Below are positions 27,887 through 37,990 of a stretch of 50,454 bases of DNA, in pieces; the first letter of the stretch is position 1; every line of letters begins with the position of its first letter. Source of the stretch: Spirulina sp. (GTDB taxonomy: Bacteria; Cyanobacteriota; Cyanobacteriia; Cyanobacteriales; Spirulinaceae); NCBI GenBank assembly GCA_011390265.1, contig JAABSU010000001.1:1-50454 (forward strand), read 5' to 3'. The translations under genes and the position numbers were made by a program. The notes under the pieces were generated by a model. It worked only from the letters and a program-made list of their open reading frames with translations. It did not search any database and was not told the DNA's origin.

Positions 27887-27990
27887 GGGAATTGCGATCA
27901 ATAGGATAGGGATGGGATCAATTTAGGCTTGTATGGTTGCCCAAGATTGGGACAAAATTAAAGCCATTGGCTTCTTTCACTCTCCCCATT

Positions 27991-28314
27991 ATGGCTATCG
28001 GACGCACGTTGCGAAATCTCCACCGGGCGATCGCCCCCATTATCATCCTGCCCCTGATGATCACGATCCTCACGGGGGTGAGCTACCGCCTGGGGAAAAG
28101 TTGGTTCGGTTTATCCCGCGATCAGGTGCATTGGTTAATGGTGGTGCATGAGGGGGAATATTTAGGCTCTTGGTTGGAGCCGGTCTATGTGTTGCTCAAT
28201 GGTTTGGGGGCGTTGTTTATGCTCTCCACGGGGATCGGCATACTCTGGTCAACGCTGCGCCCCAAGAAGTCGGCCGCCAAAGCAGAGAAGCCAGAGCAGG
28301 CCACAGAAGGATAA
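27991..28314 (+). CDS. PepSY-associated TM-helix small membrane protein
   Basis: LHRAIAPIIILPL..T.LTG and HEGEYLG..YVLLNGLG. Confidence 0.75.
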   Translation: MAIGRTLRNLHRAIAPIIILPLMITILTGVSYRLGKSWFGLSRDQVHWLMVVHEGEYLGSWLEPVYVLLNGLGALFMLSTGIGILWSTLRPKKSAAKAEKPEQATEG

Positions 28315-28316
28315 CC

Positions 28317-28368
28317 GTAGGGGCGTTGGTGTAAGCCTTCCGGAGGCACAAAAATCTTCCGCCCCTAG
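28317..28368 (+). repeat. REP palindrome with 24-nt insert TTGGTGTAAGCCTTCCGGAGGCAC (28326-28349)
   Basis: GTAGGGGCG-[24 nt]-AAAAATCTTCCGCCCCTAG. Confidence 0.9.
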
Positions 28369-28417
28369 ATCAACCCACATTCCGTAGGTTGACCAATTTT
28401 CAGCAATAAACCCTAAC

Positions 28418-28441
28418 GTAGGGTGGGCACTGCCCACCTAC
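28418..28441 (+). repeat. GTAG-family REP (GTAGGGTGGGCACTGCCCACCTAC)
   Basis: Same family as 1097-1117. Confidence 0.8.
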
Positions 28442-28468
28442 ACTAGCGATGATCAGGGAGCCTCGGCC

Positions 28469-29884
28469 CTAAAGCACCCGCCCCGATGCCGTCCGAGGCA
28501 AATATTGCCCCATCCCCGGCTTCCCTAACCACTGCTCCCCATCGACAATACAATTGCCCCGTAAAAACACCTTACGCACCTTCCCCGTCACTTCCCGCCC
28601 CTCAAATAGGGAATAATCCACCAAAGAATGGTGATTGCTGGCACTAATGCGGTGGGTGGCATTCGGGTCAAAAAGCACCAGGTCGGCATCACTGCCGGGG
28701 GCGATCGCCCCTTTCCGGGGGAATAACCCAAACATTTTCGCCGGAGCCGTCGCCGTCAGTTGCACAAAGCGATTGAGGTTAATCCGCCCCGCCCGTACCC
28801 CGCCATCGTAAAGGAGCGTGAGCCGCAATTCTACCCCCGGCGCACCGTTGGGGATGCGGTTGAAATTCTCCCGGCCGTACTGTTTGGATTTCAAAATGCC
28901 TAAAGGATTTTCATTGAAACAGAAAGGACAATGATCCGTCGCCACCAATTGCAGATCATCAAACTTTAACCCGCGCCACAGGGCGTGCTGGCAATGGTGA
29001 TCCCGCAAGGGGGGAGTCATCACATATTTAGCGGCTTCAAAATCGGGGCGATCGTATTCCGTGTGATCTAGGAATAGATAATGGGGGCAGGTTTCGGCAA
29101 AAGCATGAATGCCGCGATCGCGGGCCTCCACCACCGCCGCCAGGGCCTCCTCTGCCGAAAGATGGACAATATACACCGGCATTTCCGCCAGTTCCGCAAT
29201 GCGAATCACCCGATGGGCCGCCTCCCCTTCCATTAAACTAGGGCGGGTCATTTGGTGAAATTGCGGTGAAGTATTGCCCTGCTCTAAGGCCTCCTCAATG
29301 AGCGCCTGAATCACCACGCCGTTTTCCGCATGGAGAATCACCATCCCCCCGTGACCCCCCACCTTCCGCATCGTCTTAAAAATGGCCGCATCATCCACCA
29401 TCAACACGCCGGGATAGGCCATGTAGAGCTTAAAACTGGAAACACCATCATTGTTAATTAAATCGGGCAGTTCACTGAGAGAACCGGGATTCACATCGGT
29501 GAGGATGACATGAAAGGCATAGTCTACGCAGCATTGAGGGGCCGCAGCGGCGAGGCGGCGATCGAGGGCGGCCTTGGGGCTATCGTCGTGGAACTGTTGG
29601 GCAAAATCGATAATCGTCGTTGTGCCCCCGAAGGCAGCGGAAATCGTGCCGGATTCAAAGGTATCGCAGGTGTAAACGCCATTGCCCATGGGGGTTTCCA
29701 TGTGAACATGGGCATCAATGCCGCCGGGAAAAACGAGGAGATCCGTTGCGTCGTGAATCTCGGCATTTTCCACCGGCAAATGGCGGCCGATCGCCTCAAT
29801 TACGCCATCCTGGATCAGGATATCGCCCACATAGTCATCGGTAGCGGTGACGATGCGGCCATTTTGGATCAGTACGGAATTCAT
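28469..29884 (-). CDS. hydA: Dihydropyrimidinase (hydantoinase)
   Basis: PGGIDAHVH, GGTTTIIDF, SSFKLYMAY, HAENG, ETCPHYL, TDHCPF and IPNG. Confidence 0.93.
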   Translation of the reverse strand: MNSVLIQNGRIVTATDDYVGDILIQDGVIEAIGRHLPVENAEIHDATDLLVFPGGIDAHVHMETPMGNGVYTCDTFESGTISAAFGGTTTIIDFAQQFHDDSPKAALDRRLAAAAPQCCVDYAFHVILTDVNPGSLSELPDLINNDGVSSFKLYMAYPGVLMVDDAAIFKTMRKVGGHGGMVILHAENGVVIQALIEEALEQGNTSPQFHQMTRPSLMEGEAAHRVIRIAELAEMPVYIVHLSAEEALAAVVEARDRGIHAFAETCPHYLFLDHTEYDRPDFEAAKYVMTPPLRDHHCQHALWRGLKFDDLQLVATDHCPFCFNENPLGILKSKQYGRENFNRIPNGAPGVELRLTLLYDGGVRAGRINLNRFVQLTATAPAKMFGLFPRKGAIAPGSDADLVLFDPNATHRISASNHHSLVDYSLFEGREVTGKVRKVFLRGNCIVDGEQWLGKPGMGQYLPRTASGRVL

Positions 29885-30095
29885 AGATTTTCCCCAGCAT
29901 TGATTCTTGAATCCTATCGGGGTTCATCCTCAGGCATCCCAACCGCAAGGAAGATTTTAGAGTTGTGGCGGTTCGGTTGCCGCGCAATTCCCCGCCATGG
30001 CCAACCCCCTTAAATACGTTAAAATGCCTAAACAGTCCTTAACAAAGACCCTTTGGACTGTGGCGATCGCCTTCAACGAGATCATTATTGATGAT

Positions 30096-30782
30096 ATGAA
30101 CTTACCCATTCAGGCCGTCCAAGCCCCCTACCGAGGCGGCGGTTCCTACCGCACTCCCCCCCCAGACCTACCCTCGCTGCTCCTCAAGGAGCGGATTATT
30201 TATCTGGGTTTGCCCCTCGTCTCCTCCGACGAATACAAAAACCAGATCGGCCTTGATGTTACGGAATTAATCATCGCCCAACTGCTTTATCTTCAGTTCG
30301 ATGATCCCGAAAAACCAATCTTCATGTACATCAACTCGACGGGAACCTCTTGGTATGGTGGCGATGCGATCGGCTTTGAAACCGAAGCCTTTGCGATCTG
30401 CGACACGATGAACTACATCAAGCCCCCGATCCATACGATTTGCATCGGCCAAGCCATGGGCACTGCCGCGATGATCCTCTCCTCTGGAACCAAGGGCCAT
30501 CGCACCAGCCTCGCCCACTCGACGATCATCATGCACCAACCCCGCCAAGGTGCTCAGGGGCAAGCCTCCGATATTCAAATCCGTGCCAAAGAGGTGCTGA
30601 ACAATAAACGGGCGCTGCTGGAAATTTTTGCGAAAAACACAGGGCAACCCATCGAACGGCTCGAAAAAGATACCGACCGGATGCTCTACATGACCCCACC
30701 CCAGGCCCGAGACTACGGCATTATCGATAAAGTCTTAGAAAGCTCCAAAGACTTGCCCAAGGCGATTCCCGCTGTTCTCTAG
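30096..30782 (+). CDS. clpR: Clp protease non-catalytic subunit ClpR
   Basis: TPPPDLPSLLLKERIIYLG and the YINSTGTSW insertion. QAMG replaces the catalytic Ser motif. Confidence 0.92.
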   Translation: MNLPIQAVQAPYRGGGSYRTPPPDLPSLLLKERIIYLGLPLVSSDEYKNQIGLDVTELIIAQLLYLQFDDPEKPIFMYINSTGTSWYGGDAIGFETEAFAICDTMNYIKPPIHTICIGQAMGTAAMILSSGTKGHRTSLAHSTIIMHQPRQGAQGQASDIQIRAKEVLNNKRALLEIFAKNTGQPIERLEKDTDRMLYMTPPQARDYGIIDKVLESSKDLPKAIPAVL

Positions 30783-30815
30783 ACTCTCCCATCCACCCCT
30801 ACCCCTTCAGTTACC

Positions 30816-31415
30816 ATGCCTATCGGTGTTCCCAAGGTTCCCTATCAAATGCCCGGCCAGCCCTATTCGGACTGGATTAATATCTACGATCGCCTCTACC
30901 GGGAGCGGATTATTTTTTTAGGCCGTGAGGTTAATGATAGTCTGGCTAATCAAATCATTGCGATCATGCTGTATCTGGATTCGGAAGATTCCGGCAAGCC
31001 GATCTATCTCTATATCAACTCCCCTGGCGGCTCTGTCACGGCGGGCTTGGCCATCTTTGACACGATGCAACACATCAAGTCGGAGGTGGTGACGATCTGT
31101 GTGGGTCTGGCGGCTTCGATGGGGGCGTTCCTGTTGACGGCGGGCAGTAAGGGCAAACGCCTGGCTCTGCCCCATGCACGGATCATGATTCACCAACCCT
31201 TAGGGGGAACTCAGGGCCGCCGTCAAGCCACGGATATTGAGATCGAAGCGCGGGAGATTCTGAGGATTAAGCGCCAACTCAATGGCATCATGGCGGAAAA
31301 AACCGGCCAGTCTCTGGAAAAAATCGAAAAAGACACCGATCGCGACTATTTCATGTCTCCCCATGAGGCTTTGGCCTATGGGTTGATCGATAAGGTGATC
31401 GAAGAAACCCCCTAG
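30816..31415 (+). CDS. clpP: ATP-dependent Clp protease proteolytic subunit (ClpP3-type)
   Basis: [23 protein letters not shown] and IHQP. Paired with clpR. Confidence 0.97.
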   Translation: MPIGVPKVPYQMPGQPYSDWINIYDRLYRERIIFLGREVNDSLANQIIAIMLYLDSEDSGKPIYLYINSPGGSVTAGLAIFDTMQHIKSEVVTICVGLAASMGAFLLTAGSKGKRLALPHARIMIHQPLGGTQGRRQATDIEIEAREILRIKRQLNGIMAEKTGQSLEKIEKDTDRDYFMSPHEALAYGLIDKVIEETP

Positions 31416-31441
31416 AGGATTGATCTCTGAGGGCGAAAAGG

Positions 31442-31469
31442 GTGGGGGCGAAAAATTTTTCGCCCCTAC
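31442..31469 (+). repeat. Uninterrupted REP palindrome (G-tract-CGAAAAATTTTTCGCCCCTAC)
   Basis: Empty-type copy between convergent genes, with a partial extra arm GAGGGCGAAAA just upstream. Confidence 0.85.
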
Positions 31470-31496
31470 ATTGTTAATGGCGGTAGAAGTAGGGGG

Positions 31497-31697
31497 TTAG
31501 GGGTGCTTTTTGCGCCAGCGGGTATAACCCCAATAGCCTAGGGCCAAAATTTGGAGAGGCAGAATCGCCAAAAACTCCCGCAAGAGGCCCGATTCCACCC
31601 CGGAGCGGGAAATGGTGGCAAAGCAAAGTAAACCGAAGCCAAGACTGACGATAAAAACGAGGGATTGCGGGGAAGGGTGACGAGCGGGCATAGGCAA
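31497..31697 (-). CDS. Small hypothetical two-TM membrane protein (66 aa)
   Basis: Two hydrophobic helices and a basic C-tail. Fills the gap. Confidence 0.5.
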   Translation of the reverse strand: MPMPARHPSPQSLVFIVSLGFGLLCFATISRSGVESGLLREFLAILPLQILALGYWGYTRWRKKHP

Positions 31698-31751
31698 GCA
31701 GGATTAACGATTTTTGGTATATTAAGGGCTGTTTCTGTTTCCCCATGATCA

Positions 31752-32666
31752 ATGGCTGGTTATGCCTTGCCCGAAAATACTGCTGCGTTGACGGAAACCA
31801 CTTCCATCGCGATCGCCCAGCAGATCCAATTTCACCCCATCTTAACGCCCTTGGCGGATGAGGCGATCGCCTCCAGTTTTGTCCAGGGTGGAACCGGGGG
31901 GCCGCCGATCCTCCTCCTCCACGGCTTTGATAGTTCCCTTTTGGAATATCGCCGCCTCTGGCCCCATCTGAGCCAGCATCATCACACTTGGGCGGTGGAT
32001 CTCTTGGGCCTTGGCTTTACGGAGCGTCCTCCCGGCTTGCCCTACGGCCCGGCAGCAATTCAGTCCCATTTATTCGCCTTTCATCAAAGCCAGATTAAAC
32101 AGCCGGTGATTCTCGTCGGCGCTTCTATGGGGGGAGCAGCGGCTCTTGATTTTGCCCTCACCTATCCCGATCTAGTGGAGCGGTTGGTTCTGATTGATAG
32201 TGCGGGGTTAGCGGGGCGGCCGATGGCGGGTAAGTTGATGATTCCGCCTTTGGATCGGTGGGCGACGGATTTTTTACGCAGTCCTAAAGTGCGGGAGGGG
32301 ATCAGCCGTAAGGCCTATTACGATTCCCGTTGGGTGACGGCGGATGCGACGTTATGCGCCTCGCTCCATCTAGAGCAACCGGGTTGGCGGGAGTCGTTAA
32401 TTGCCTTTACCAAAAGTGGCGGCTATGGTTCCTTTGCCGCCCAATTGCCCCAATTACAACAGCCGACGCTGATCCTTTGGGGTGAGCAGGATCGGATTTT
32501 AGGCACGAAGGACGCGCCCCGGTTTGAGCGGTTGATTCCTAACAGTCGGTTGGTCTGGATTCCTGAGGCGGGCCATGTCCCCCATTTGGAACAGGCGGCA
32601 ACGGTGGCCCAGGTCATGCTGGAGTTTATCCACCAGGGCCAGCCGATGATTTCCACGGTGTCCTGA
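31752..32666 (+). CDS. Alpha/beta fold hydrolase
   Basis: LLHGFDSS, GASMGG nucleophile elbow, WGEQD and GHVPHLE. Confidence 0.93.
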   Translation: MAGYALPENTAALTETTSIAIAQQIQFHPILTPLADEAIASSFVQGGTGGPPILLLHGFDSSLLEYRRLWPHLSQHHHTWAVDLLGLGFTERPPGLPYGPAAIQSHLFAFHQSQIKQPVILVGASMGGAAALDFALTYPDLVERLVLIDSAGLAGRPMAGKLMIPPLDRWATDFLRSPKVREGISRKAYYDSRWVTADATLCASLHLEQPGWRESLIAFTKSGGYGSFAAQLPQLQQPTLILWGEQDRILGTKDAPRFERLIPNSRLVWIPEAGHVPHLEQAATVAQVMLEFIHQGQPMISTVS

Positions 32667-33886
32667 TGCGGGTTCTTCATGTCATTCCTTCCCTTTCACC
32701 CTTGCGGGGTGGGCCAACGGCGGTGGCGTTGAATTTGGTGCGGGAGTTGCGATCGCAAGGTGTAGATGCAGAAATTTGTACCACCAATGATCACGGCCCT
32801 GATACCCTCGCGGTTCCCTTGGGGGAACGGTGCGATTATGAGGGTGTGCCGGTGTGGTTTTTTCCCCGGTTTTCCCTGCCCTTAAAGCAATTGTCTTTAG
32901 GGCGCGATCGCAGCTTTCTCTTTTCCTTAGCCTGGACGCGGTGGCTTTGGGATCATGTCCGGGATTATGACGTACTCGATACCCATTACCTGTTTGCCTA
33001 CGGCTCCACGGCGGCAACGGCGATCGCCCGTTGGCATTCCGTCCCCTACACGATGCGCACCATGGGGCAATTGGCCCCCTGGGCTTTGGCTCAGAGTGCG
33101 AAAAAAAAGCGGGTTTATGGGGATTTGATCGAACGGCGATCGCTCAACCGGGCCGCCCTTGTCCATTGCACGACAGCGGGGGAAGCGGCGGATGTGACGG
33201 CCTTTGGCGTTACCAGTCCGACGGCGGTTGTGCCCTTGGGGGTAAAACCAGGGGCCAAAATTCCCCAAGCGGGTCAGGCTCTACGGCAACGCTACAGCAT
33301 TGGGGCCGATGTGCCGATTATTTTATTTTTATCTCGCCTCCATTACAAAAAACGGCCGGAATTACTCTTAACTGCTTTAGCCAATTTGGACAGTCCCTTT
33401 CATCTCCTCCTCGCAGGGGAAAGTCACAGCCCCGCCTATCAGCAGGCTTTGGAGATCCAGATTCAGCAATGGGGGCTAGGGGAGCGGGTGACGTTTACAG
33501 GCTTGGTGACGGGGGAAGAAAAAGAGCAGGTATTGCAGGGGGCGGATCTGTTTGTGTTGCCGTCCTTTGCGGAAAATTTTGCGATCGCCGTTGCCGAAGC
33601 GATGGCGGCGGGCCTGCCAGTGATTGTCACGCCGGATGTGCAAATCGCCCCGGAGATTGCCCAAGCTCAAGCCGGTTTAGTTGTAGAAGGTGCGCCCCAA
33701 CCTCTCGCCGCAGCCATTCGGCAACTGTTAAAAAATGCCCCCCTCCGGCAGCAATTGGGCAAAAATGGGGCAGAGTTAGCGCGATCGCGTTACTATTGGC
33801 CGGCGATCGTCACACAACTGATCGATCTTTATCGGGGTGTCGTGGAACAAGCGCGTCACGCCGATCATCCCCCTCACCACCGTTGA
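32666..33886 (+). CDS. Glycosyltransferase family 4
   Basis: MRVLHVIPS..GG, FLSRLHYKK and LPSFAENFAIAVAEAMAAG. Confidence 0.93.
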   Translation: MRVLHVIPSLSPLRGGPTAVALNLVRELRSQGVDAEICTTNDHGPDTLAVPLGERCDYEGVPVWFFPRFSLPLKQLSLGRDRSFLFSLAWTRWLWDHVRDYDVLDTHYLFAYGSTAATAIARWHSVPYTMRTMGQLAPWALAQSAKKKRVYGDLIERRSLNRAALVHCTTAGEAADVTAFGVTSPTAVVPLGVKPGAKIPQAGQALRQRYSIGADVPIILFLSRLHYKKRPELLLTALANLDSPFHLLLAGESHSPAYQQALEIQIQQWGLGERVTFTGLVTGEEKEQVLQGADLFVLPSFAENFAIAVAEAMAAGLPVIVTPDVQIAPEIAQAQAGLVVEGAPQPLAAAIRQLLKNAPLRQQLGKNGAELARSRYYWPAIVTQLIDLYRGVVEQARHADHPPHHR

Positions 33887-33911
33887 TTAGTTTTTAAACT
33901 GTCCTCACCCC

Positions 33912-34565
33912 ATGTCCTCCTCTGGAGTTTGTTTACATATTGGCTGTGGCCTCGTCGTTGCCCCCGGTTGGCAAAATTTAGACACCTCCCCTTCTCTGCG
34001 GTTGGTGCGTCTGCCGGTGATTGGGCCGGGGTTGCAGCGCTTGGCCGGGTTGCCCCCTTGGCCGGCGGCGGTGGGCTATGGGGATATTGTGCGGGGTTTG
34101 TCCCTCAAATCGGGGAGTTGTGACCTGGTTTACGCCTCCCATATGTTGGAGCATTTGACGTTACCGGATTTCCACCGGGCCATGGGGCATATTTTTAGCT
34201 ATTTGCGATCGCAAGGCACGTTTCGGGCGGTGGTTCCGGATTTGGCGGCGTTGGTGGCTTGTTATGAGCGCGATCGCCAAAATTCCGAAGCTGCCCCCCA
34301 AGCGGCCCACCGTTTAATGATCGATTCCCTCTTAGGCAACAATCTCCCCCGCCAAACTCTCCCCCAACGGCTCCGCCTCGCCTTTGCCAATAATCATCAC
34401 CAATGGATGTGGGATCAAGCCTCCCTTAGTGAGGCATTTCGGGATCAGGGTTATCTCCATGTGCGCTGTTGTGACTATGGGGATTGGCGTGATCCCCGCT
34501 TTGCTGATGTGGAGCATCCTGAAAGTTTTGAAGGGGCGATCGCCGTGGAAGGCATCAAACCCTAG
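33912..34565 (+). CDS. SAM-dependent methyltransferase (type 11-like)
   Basis: LHIGCG, DLVYASHMLEHL and FRAVVPD. Confidence 0.85.
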   Translation: MSSSGVCLHIGCGLVVAPGWQNLDTSPSLRLVRLPVIGPGLQRLAGLPPWPAAVGYGDIVRGLSLKSGSCDLVYASHMLEHLTLPDFHRAMGHIFSYLRSQGTFRAVVPDLAALVACYERDRQNSEAAPQAAHRLMIDSLLGNNLPRQTLPQRLRLAFANNHHQWMWDQASLSEAFRDQGYLHVRCCDYGDWRDPRFADVEHPESFEGAIAVEGIKP

Positions 34566-35047
34566 GGTTTTGCCGTTTTGATCGGGGATCAGGGGAATGG
34601 CAAGAGCTGCCTACCACCCGGGAAAAAATCATGATGGCGGTGAGCTAAGGCAATTGATCGGTTAATATGGGAGCGTAGGAATAAATACTCAGTGATTCTT
34701 GTCCATAATGTTAACTTTTATTAAGTTTTTAAACAAATTCCAGAGATTGTCGTTACAATTTCGGGTCTTTGCTCACATTTAACCCTTGATTATTAGTCTC
34801 CCCTCCAATTGCGGGAACCATTGCCGTCGATGGGCAATCAATCTAAAAAAGACCGGCTCACCTCTTGACTTTTTGTTTCAAGTGTGTATAAAGATAGACA
34901 GTGGCATGATTCCCCAGATCTCGCCGTCTGTGCTGGGGCGATCGCTCCTCTGGTCTTGACCTAAACCCCGAAATTTCGAGTAGGATACGGGAATCTTAAG
35001 AAAAGACTAAAATTTATCAAGCTCTTTGGTGTTTGGAGAATTCCGTT

Positions 35048-35407
35048 ATGTTTTTAAGACTTGCACAGCAGCATCGCGCCTTTGTCCGCGACTTGGTGAT
35101 GGATCTCCAAGCCTTGGCAACGGTTCTGGAAAATCGGGGCTACCTGGCATCCTGCTATACCTGTGGGGAGGAAATGAATAGTGCCTCGTTCATGGTCAGC
35201 CTGGGGGAAAGCCATCTGATTCGCTTTTTAGTTTCCGATTACGGGATCACCTGGACGGAAATGCGCGACGACCGGGAATTGATGAAGCTGGAAGGGGCTG
35301 AAGCGATTAGTCAACTTCAGGAGTTGGCCAATCTGATCAAATACCACACCACCCCAAATCCAGAGCAGTTAGCTGCGGCAACGATCCCCACCGCTGCCCG
35401 TCGTTAA
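35048..35407 (+). CDS. DUF1815 family protein
   Basis: MFLRLAQQHR..V.DLVM.LQALA..LE.RGYLASCYTCG and IRFLVSDYGITWTE. Confidence 0.85.
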   Translation: MFLRLAQQHRAFVRDLVMDLQALATVLENRGYLASCYTCGEEMNSASFMVSLGESHLIRFLVSDYGITWTEMRDDRELMKLEGAEAISQLQELANLIKYHTTPNPEQLAAATIPTAARR

Positions 35408-35600
35408 GCCGGAGGGAGCCGCCAAAGGTCGGTTGCTTCCGTTACAAAACTTTGCAATTGCATATCAAACGTTAAAAAAATAAAGAAAACATTATGAAAA
35501 CCGGCAATTCCGTTGATCCCTGTCATGATTAGGCTAATTCAAATGGGGTCAGCGCGGATTCGCACATAAAGACCTTAACTATAGTAAGTCCGATTAAGAT

Positions 35601-35640
35601 TAAGGGGGGCTAGCTAGAAATGGCTAGCCCCCCTTATTTT
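35601..35640 (+). terminator. Rho-independent terminator-like hairpin
   Basis: TAAGGGGGGCTAGCTA-GAAA-TGGCTAGCCCCCCTTA (16 bp, one U-G) followed by TTTT. Confidence 0.75.
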
Positions 35641-35754
35641 CGCGGTGGGGGAGTGCGTCGCTATTTTTGTCCAGGGACAGGAAAGGCGGCAGCCCTCCCG
35701 GATTACCGGGCAGCGCCAAATAATCAGGGCAACCTTGATCTATTCTCTGTCCCC

Positions 35755-37068
35755 CTAAAGTCCATTTTCCCAAATCACGTTTAAACCAGAGCGGGGATGG
35801 AGGGTGGGGATTTGACTCAAACTCAGATCCTGTCCCGGAGCCAACCGCCAACGGGTTTTGCGTAAGACATGGGCAGCAAAAATTTTCATTTCCATCTGAG
35901 CAAAGGCTAATCCTAAACAGATGCGCGGCCCACCACCAAAGCCCACAAGGCGAAAATCTCCCGGTTTGGATTCGGGGTGATCGGGATTGAAGCGATCAGG
36001 GTTGAATTGTTCGGGGTGGGTGTAGCAGCTCTCTAATTGGTGGGTGCCCTCGATGCGATAGAGAACTTGCCAACCGGCAGGGATGTGATAACCGTTGAAT
36101 TCAAAGGGTTTGACCACACCGCGAAAACCGCCGGCAACGGGGGGATAGCACCGCTCAACTTCTTTTAAAACTTGCTCTAGGTAGGGCATGGCTTTGAGTT
36201 GGGCCATGTCTAGGGGGCCTTGTTGGGCCAGTTCCATTTGTTCGGCGCGGGCGCGATCGCCCACCTCTGGGTGTTGGGCCAAGGCCATGATCAGAAATGT
36301 GAGCATGGCGGTGGTGGTTTCATGGCCGGCAAAGAGCATCAGCAGGGCTTGGGCCTGTAGCTCCTCCATGGAAAGGCGATCGCCCCCTTCATCTTCCGTT
36401 TGCACCAATAACCCCAAGGCATCCTGGGCGGGGTGGGCCTGACGCGCTAAAATGGCCTGCTCTAAATGGGCGAGGATGCGATCGCGGGCCCTAACCGCTT
36501 TGCCAAAGGTTGTCCAAGGCAGATCGATGGGAACGGCAAATAAGCCCTGGGTGAGGGTTTGAAAATCTTGAGCTAACGTTGCAGTTTCTGCCCCTGGCTC
36601 ACTGCCCAGCAGGAGGGTACTGGCGATCGCAAACGTCATTTGCTTCACTTCCCCCCAAAATTGGGTTTCCCCCTGCTTAACCCAACGCTGAAGGGCTTCA
36701 GCACAGATCTGATCCATCGTGGCAAAGTAGTTGGCCAGGGCGGGGCCGTGGAAAGCAGGCATCAGGAGCTTGCGATTGCGCCGATGTTCTTCTCCTTCCA
36801 TAAGAAAGAGCGATCGCCCCAACAGAATCTTAAAGGTTTCCGGCCAACCCCCCTCCCAGGAAAAATGATCCATGTGGGTGGAGAGAATAAAGCGATTGGC
36901 TTCCGGCCCCATCATTACTACCGTGGGGCGGTTGAGCAGATGGGTTTTAAAAATGGGGCCATAGCGACGATTGCGCTTGGTGGCAAATTGGCGATCGCGC
37001 AAAAAGCTCAAGGTTTCCCCGACAATGGGCAAACCAAAGGAGCCAGGGGGGAGAGGGGTAGTATTCAT
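35755..37068 (-). CDS. Cytochrome P450 (CYP120-like)
   Basis: LPPGSFGLP, FAGHETT, KEVER and heme motif FGGGPRICLG. Confidence 0.95.
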   Translation of the reverse strand: MNTTPLPPGSFGLPIVGETLSFLRDRQFATKRNRRYGPIFKTHLLNRPTVVMMGPEANRFILSTHMDHFSWEGGWPETFKILLGRSLFLMEGEEHRRNRKLLMPAFHGPALANYFATMDQICAEALQRWVKQGETQFWGEVKQMTFAIASTLLLGSEPGAETATLAQDFQTLTQGLFAVPIDLPWTTFGKAVRARDRILAHLEQAILARQAHPAQDALGLLVQTEDEGGDRLSMEELQAQALLMLFAGHETTTAMLTFLIMALAQHPEVGDRARAEQMELAQQGPLDMAQLKAMPYLEQVLKEVERCYPPVAGGFRGVVKPFEFNGYHIPAGWQVLYRIEGTHQLESCYTHPEQFNPDRFNPDHPESKPGDFRLVGFGGGPRICLGLAFAQMEMKIFAAHVLRKTRWRLAPGQDLSLSQIPTLHPRSGLNVIWENGL

Positions 37069-37133
37069 GGTCGTGCAATGGGCAGCAGAGTAGTGCTTTT
37101 GGGGTATCCCCCCATCGTGGGGAAGCCTGGGAT

Positions 37134-37319
37134 TTAGGAGGCGGCAAACACCCGCTCATATTCCTCAATCAGTTCATCCAACTCCTCTAGAGCCTGATTA
37201 ACATCAAGGCGTAACGTTCCTAAATCCGGTTGTTCTAGCAGGTTAAGCAAAAAATTGCGCTGTTCACGGACTTGGCTAACCCGCTCATGCAGCGTTTGTT
37301 CATTGATTGTTTCAGTCAT
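37134..37319 (-). CDS. Small conserved hypothetical protein (61 aa)
   Basis: Coiled-coil-like LLEQPDLGTLRLDVNQALEELDELI. Co-oriented after ssb. Confidence 0.75.
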   Translation of the reverse strand: MTETINEQTLHERVSQVREQRNFLLNLLEQPDLGTLRLDVNQALEELDELIEEYERVFAAS

Positions 37320-37402
37320 GGCAAGGTTTTTTCAAAAATGGGGTTTTGTGGACAGGTTAACAGGAGATTGCTTTTTAGGGGAGGCGATCGCCGCCATCCC
37401 CC

Positions 37403-37774
37403 CTAGAACTCACCGCTAGAATCATAGTTCTGGTAGCCACCACTTTCAGTATTGTCGCGCTTAGACCCCAAGAGATCGAGGCGATCGACCTGAACCACCG
37501 GCTTAGATCGACTTGCCCCCGTGGCACGATCCTGCCAAGTTTCAATCACCAAGGTTCCCTCGATTCCCACCAATCCGCCCTTGCGGACATAATTAGCCGC
37601 CACCTCCGCCGTCTTTCCCCAAATTTTGAGACTGAACCAATCCGGTTGATCATCCCGGCTGCTACGACGATTCACCGCAATGTTAAATTCACACAACACC
37701 GCCCCCGACTCAAAATAACGAACCTGGGGATCTGACCCGGCGCGGCCCACCAAATGCACAATATTTAAGCTCAT
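37403..37774 (-). CDS. ssb: Single-stranded DNA-binding protein
   Basis: LNIVHLVGRAGSDP, WGKTAE..ANYVRKG and an acidic C-tail ending in F. Confidence 0.97.
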   Translation of the reverse strand: MSLNIVHLVGRAGSDPQVRYFESGAVLCEFNIAVNRRSSRDDQPDWFSLKIWGKTAEVAANYVRKGGLVGIEGTLVIETWQDRATGASRSKPVVQVDRLDLLGSKRDNTESGGYQNYDSSGEF

Positions 37775-37990
37775 TCTGTCCTTCAACCCCTTCCAATGAT
37801 AGGTTGGCAAAGATAGCCTGTACTATGTTAGCTTGTTTCCTGATCCCTTAACCGCAACCCTGTAAACAATTTCTACCGTGACCTAGACGATTCGCCAAAA
37901 AGGGGCTAGAATCCACATCGGTTGCATTACGAGCATCACATCACATTAAGTTAATTAGTACCGTATCGCACTTTGGGGGCGGAAATAAAC

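Noticed and set aside
30096-30782. Clp subunit lacking the catalytic serine, considered as a pseudogene
   Set aside because: This is the normal non-catalytic ClpR paired with ClpP3 in cyanobacteria.
33031-33897. 288-aa alternative-frame ORF inside the glycosyltransferase gene
   Set aside because: Gly/Arg/Ser/Cys-rich shadow translation with no motifs, fully overlapping a clear GT4 gene.
37862-37876. GTA...TAC motif in the ssb/mreB divergent region
   Set aside because: The spacer is 9 nt rather than the 8 nt of an NtcA box.
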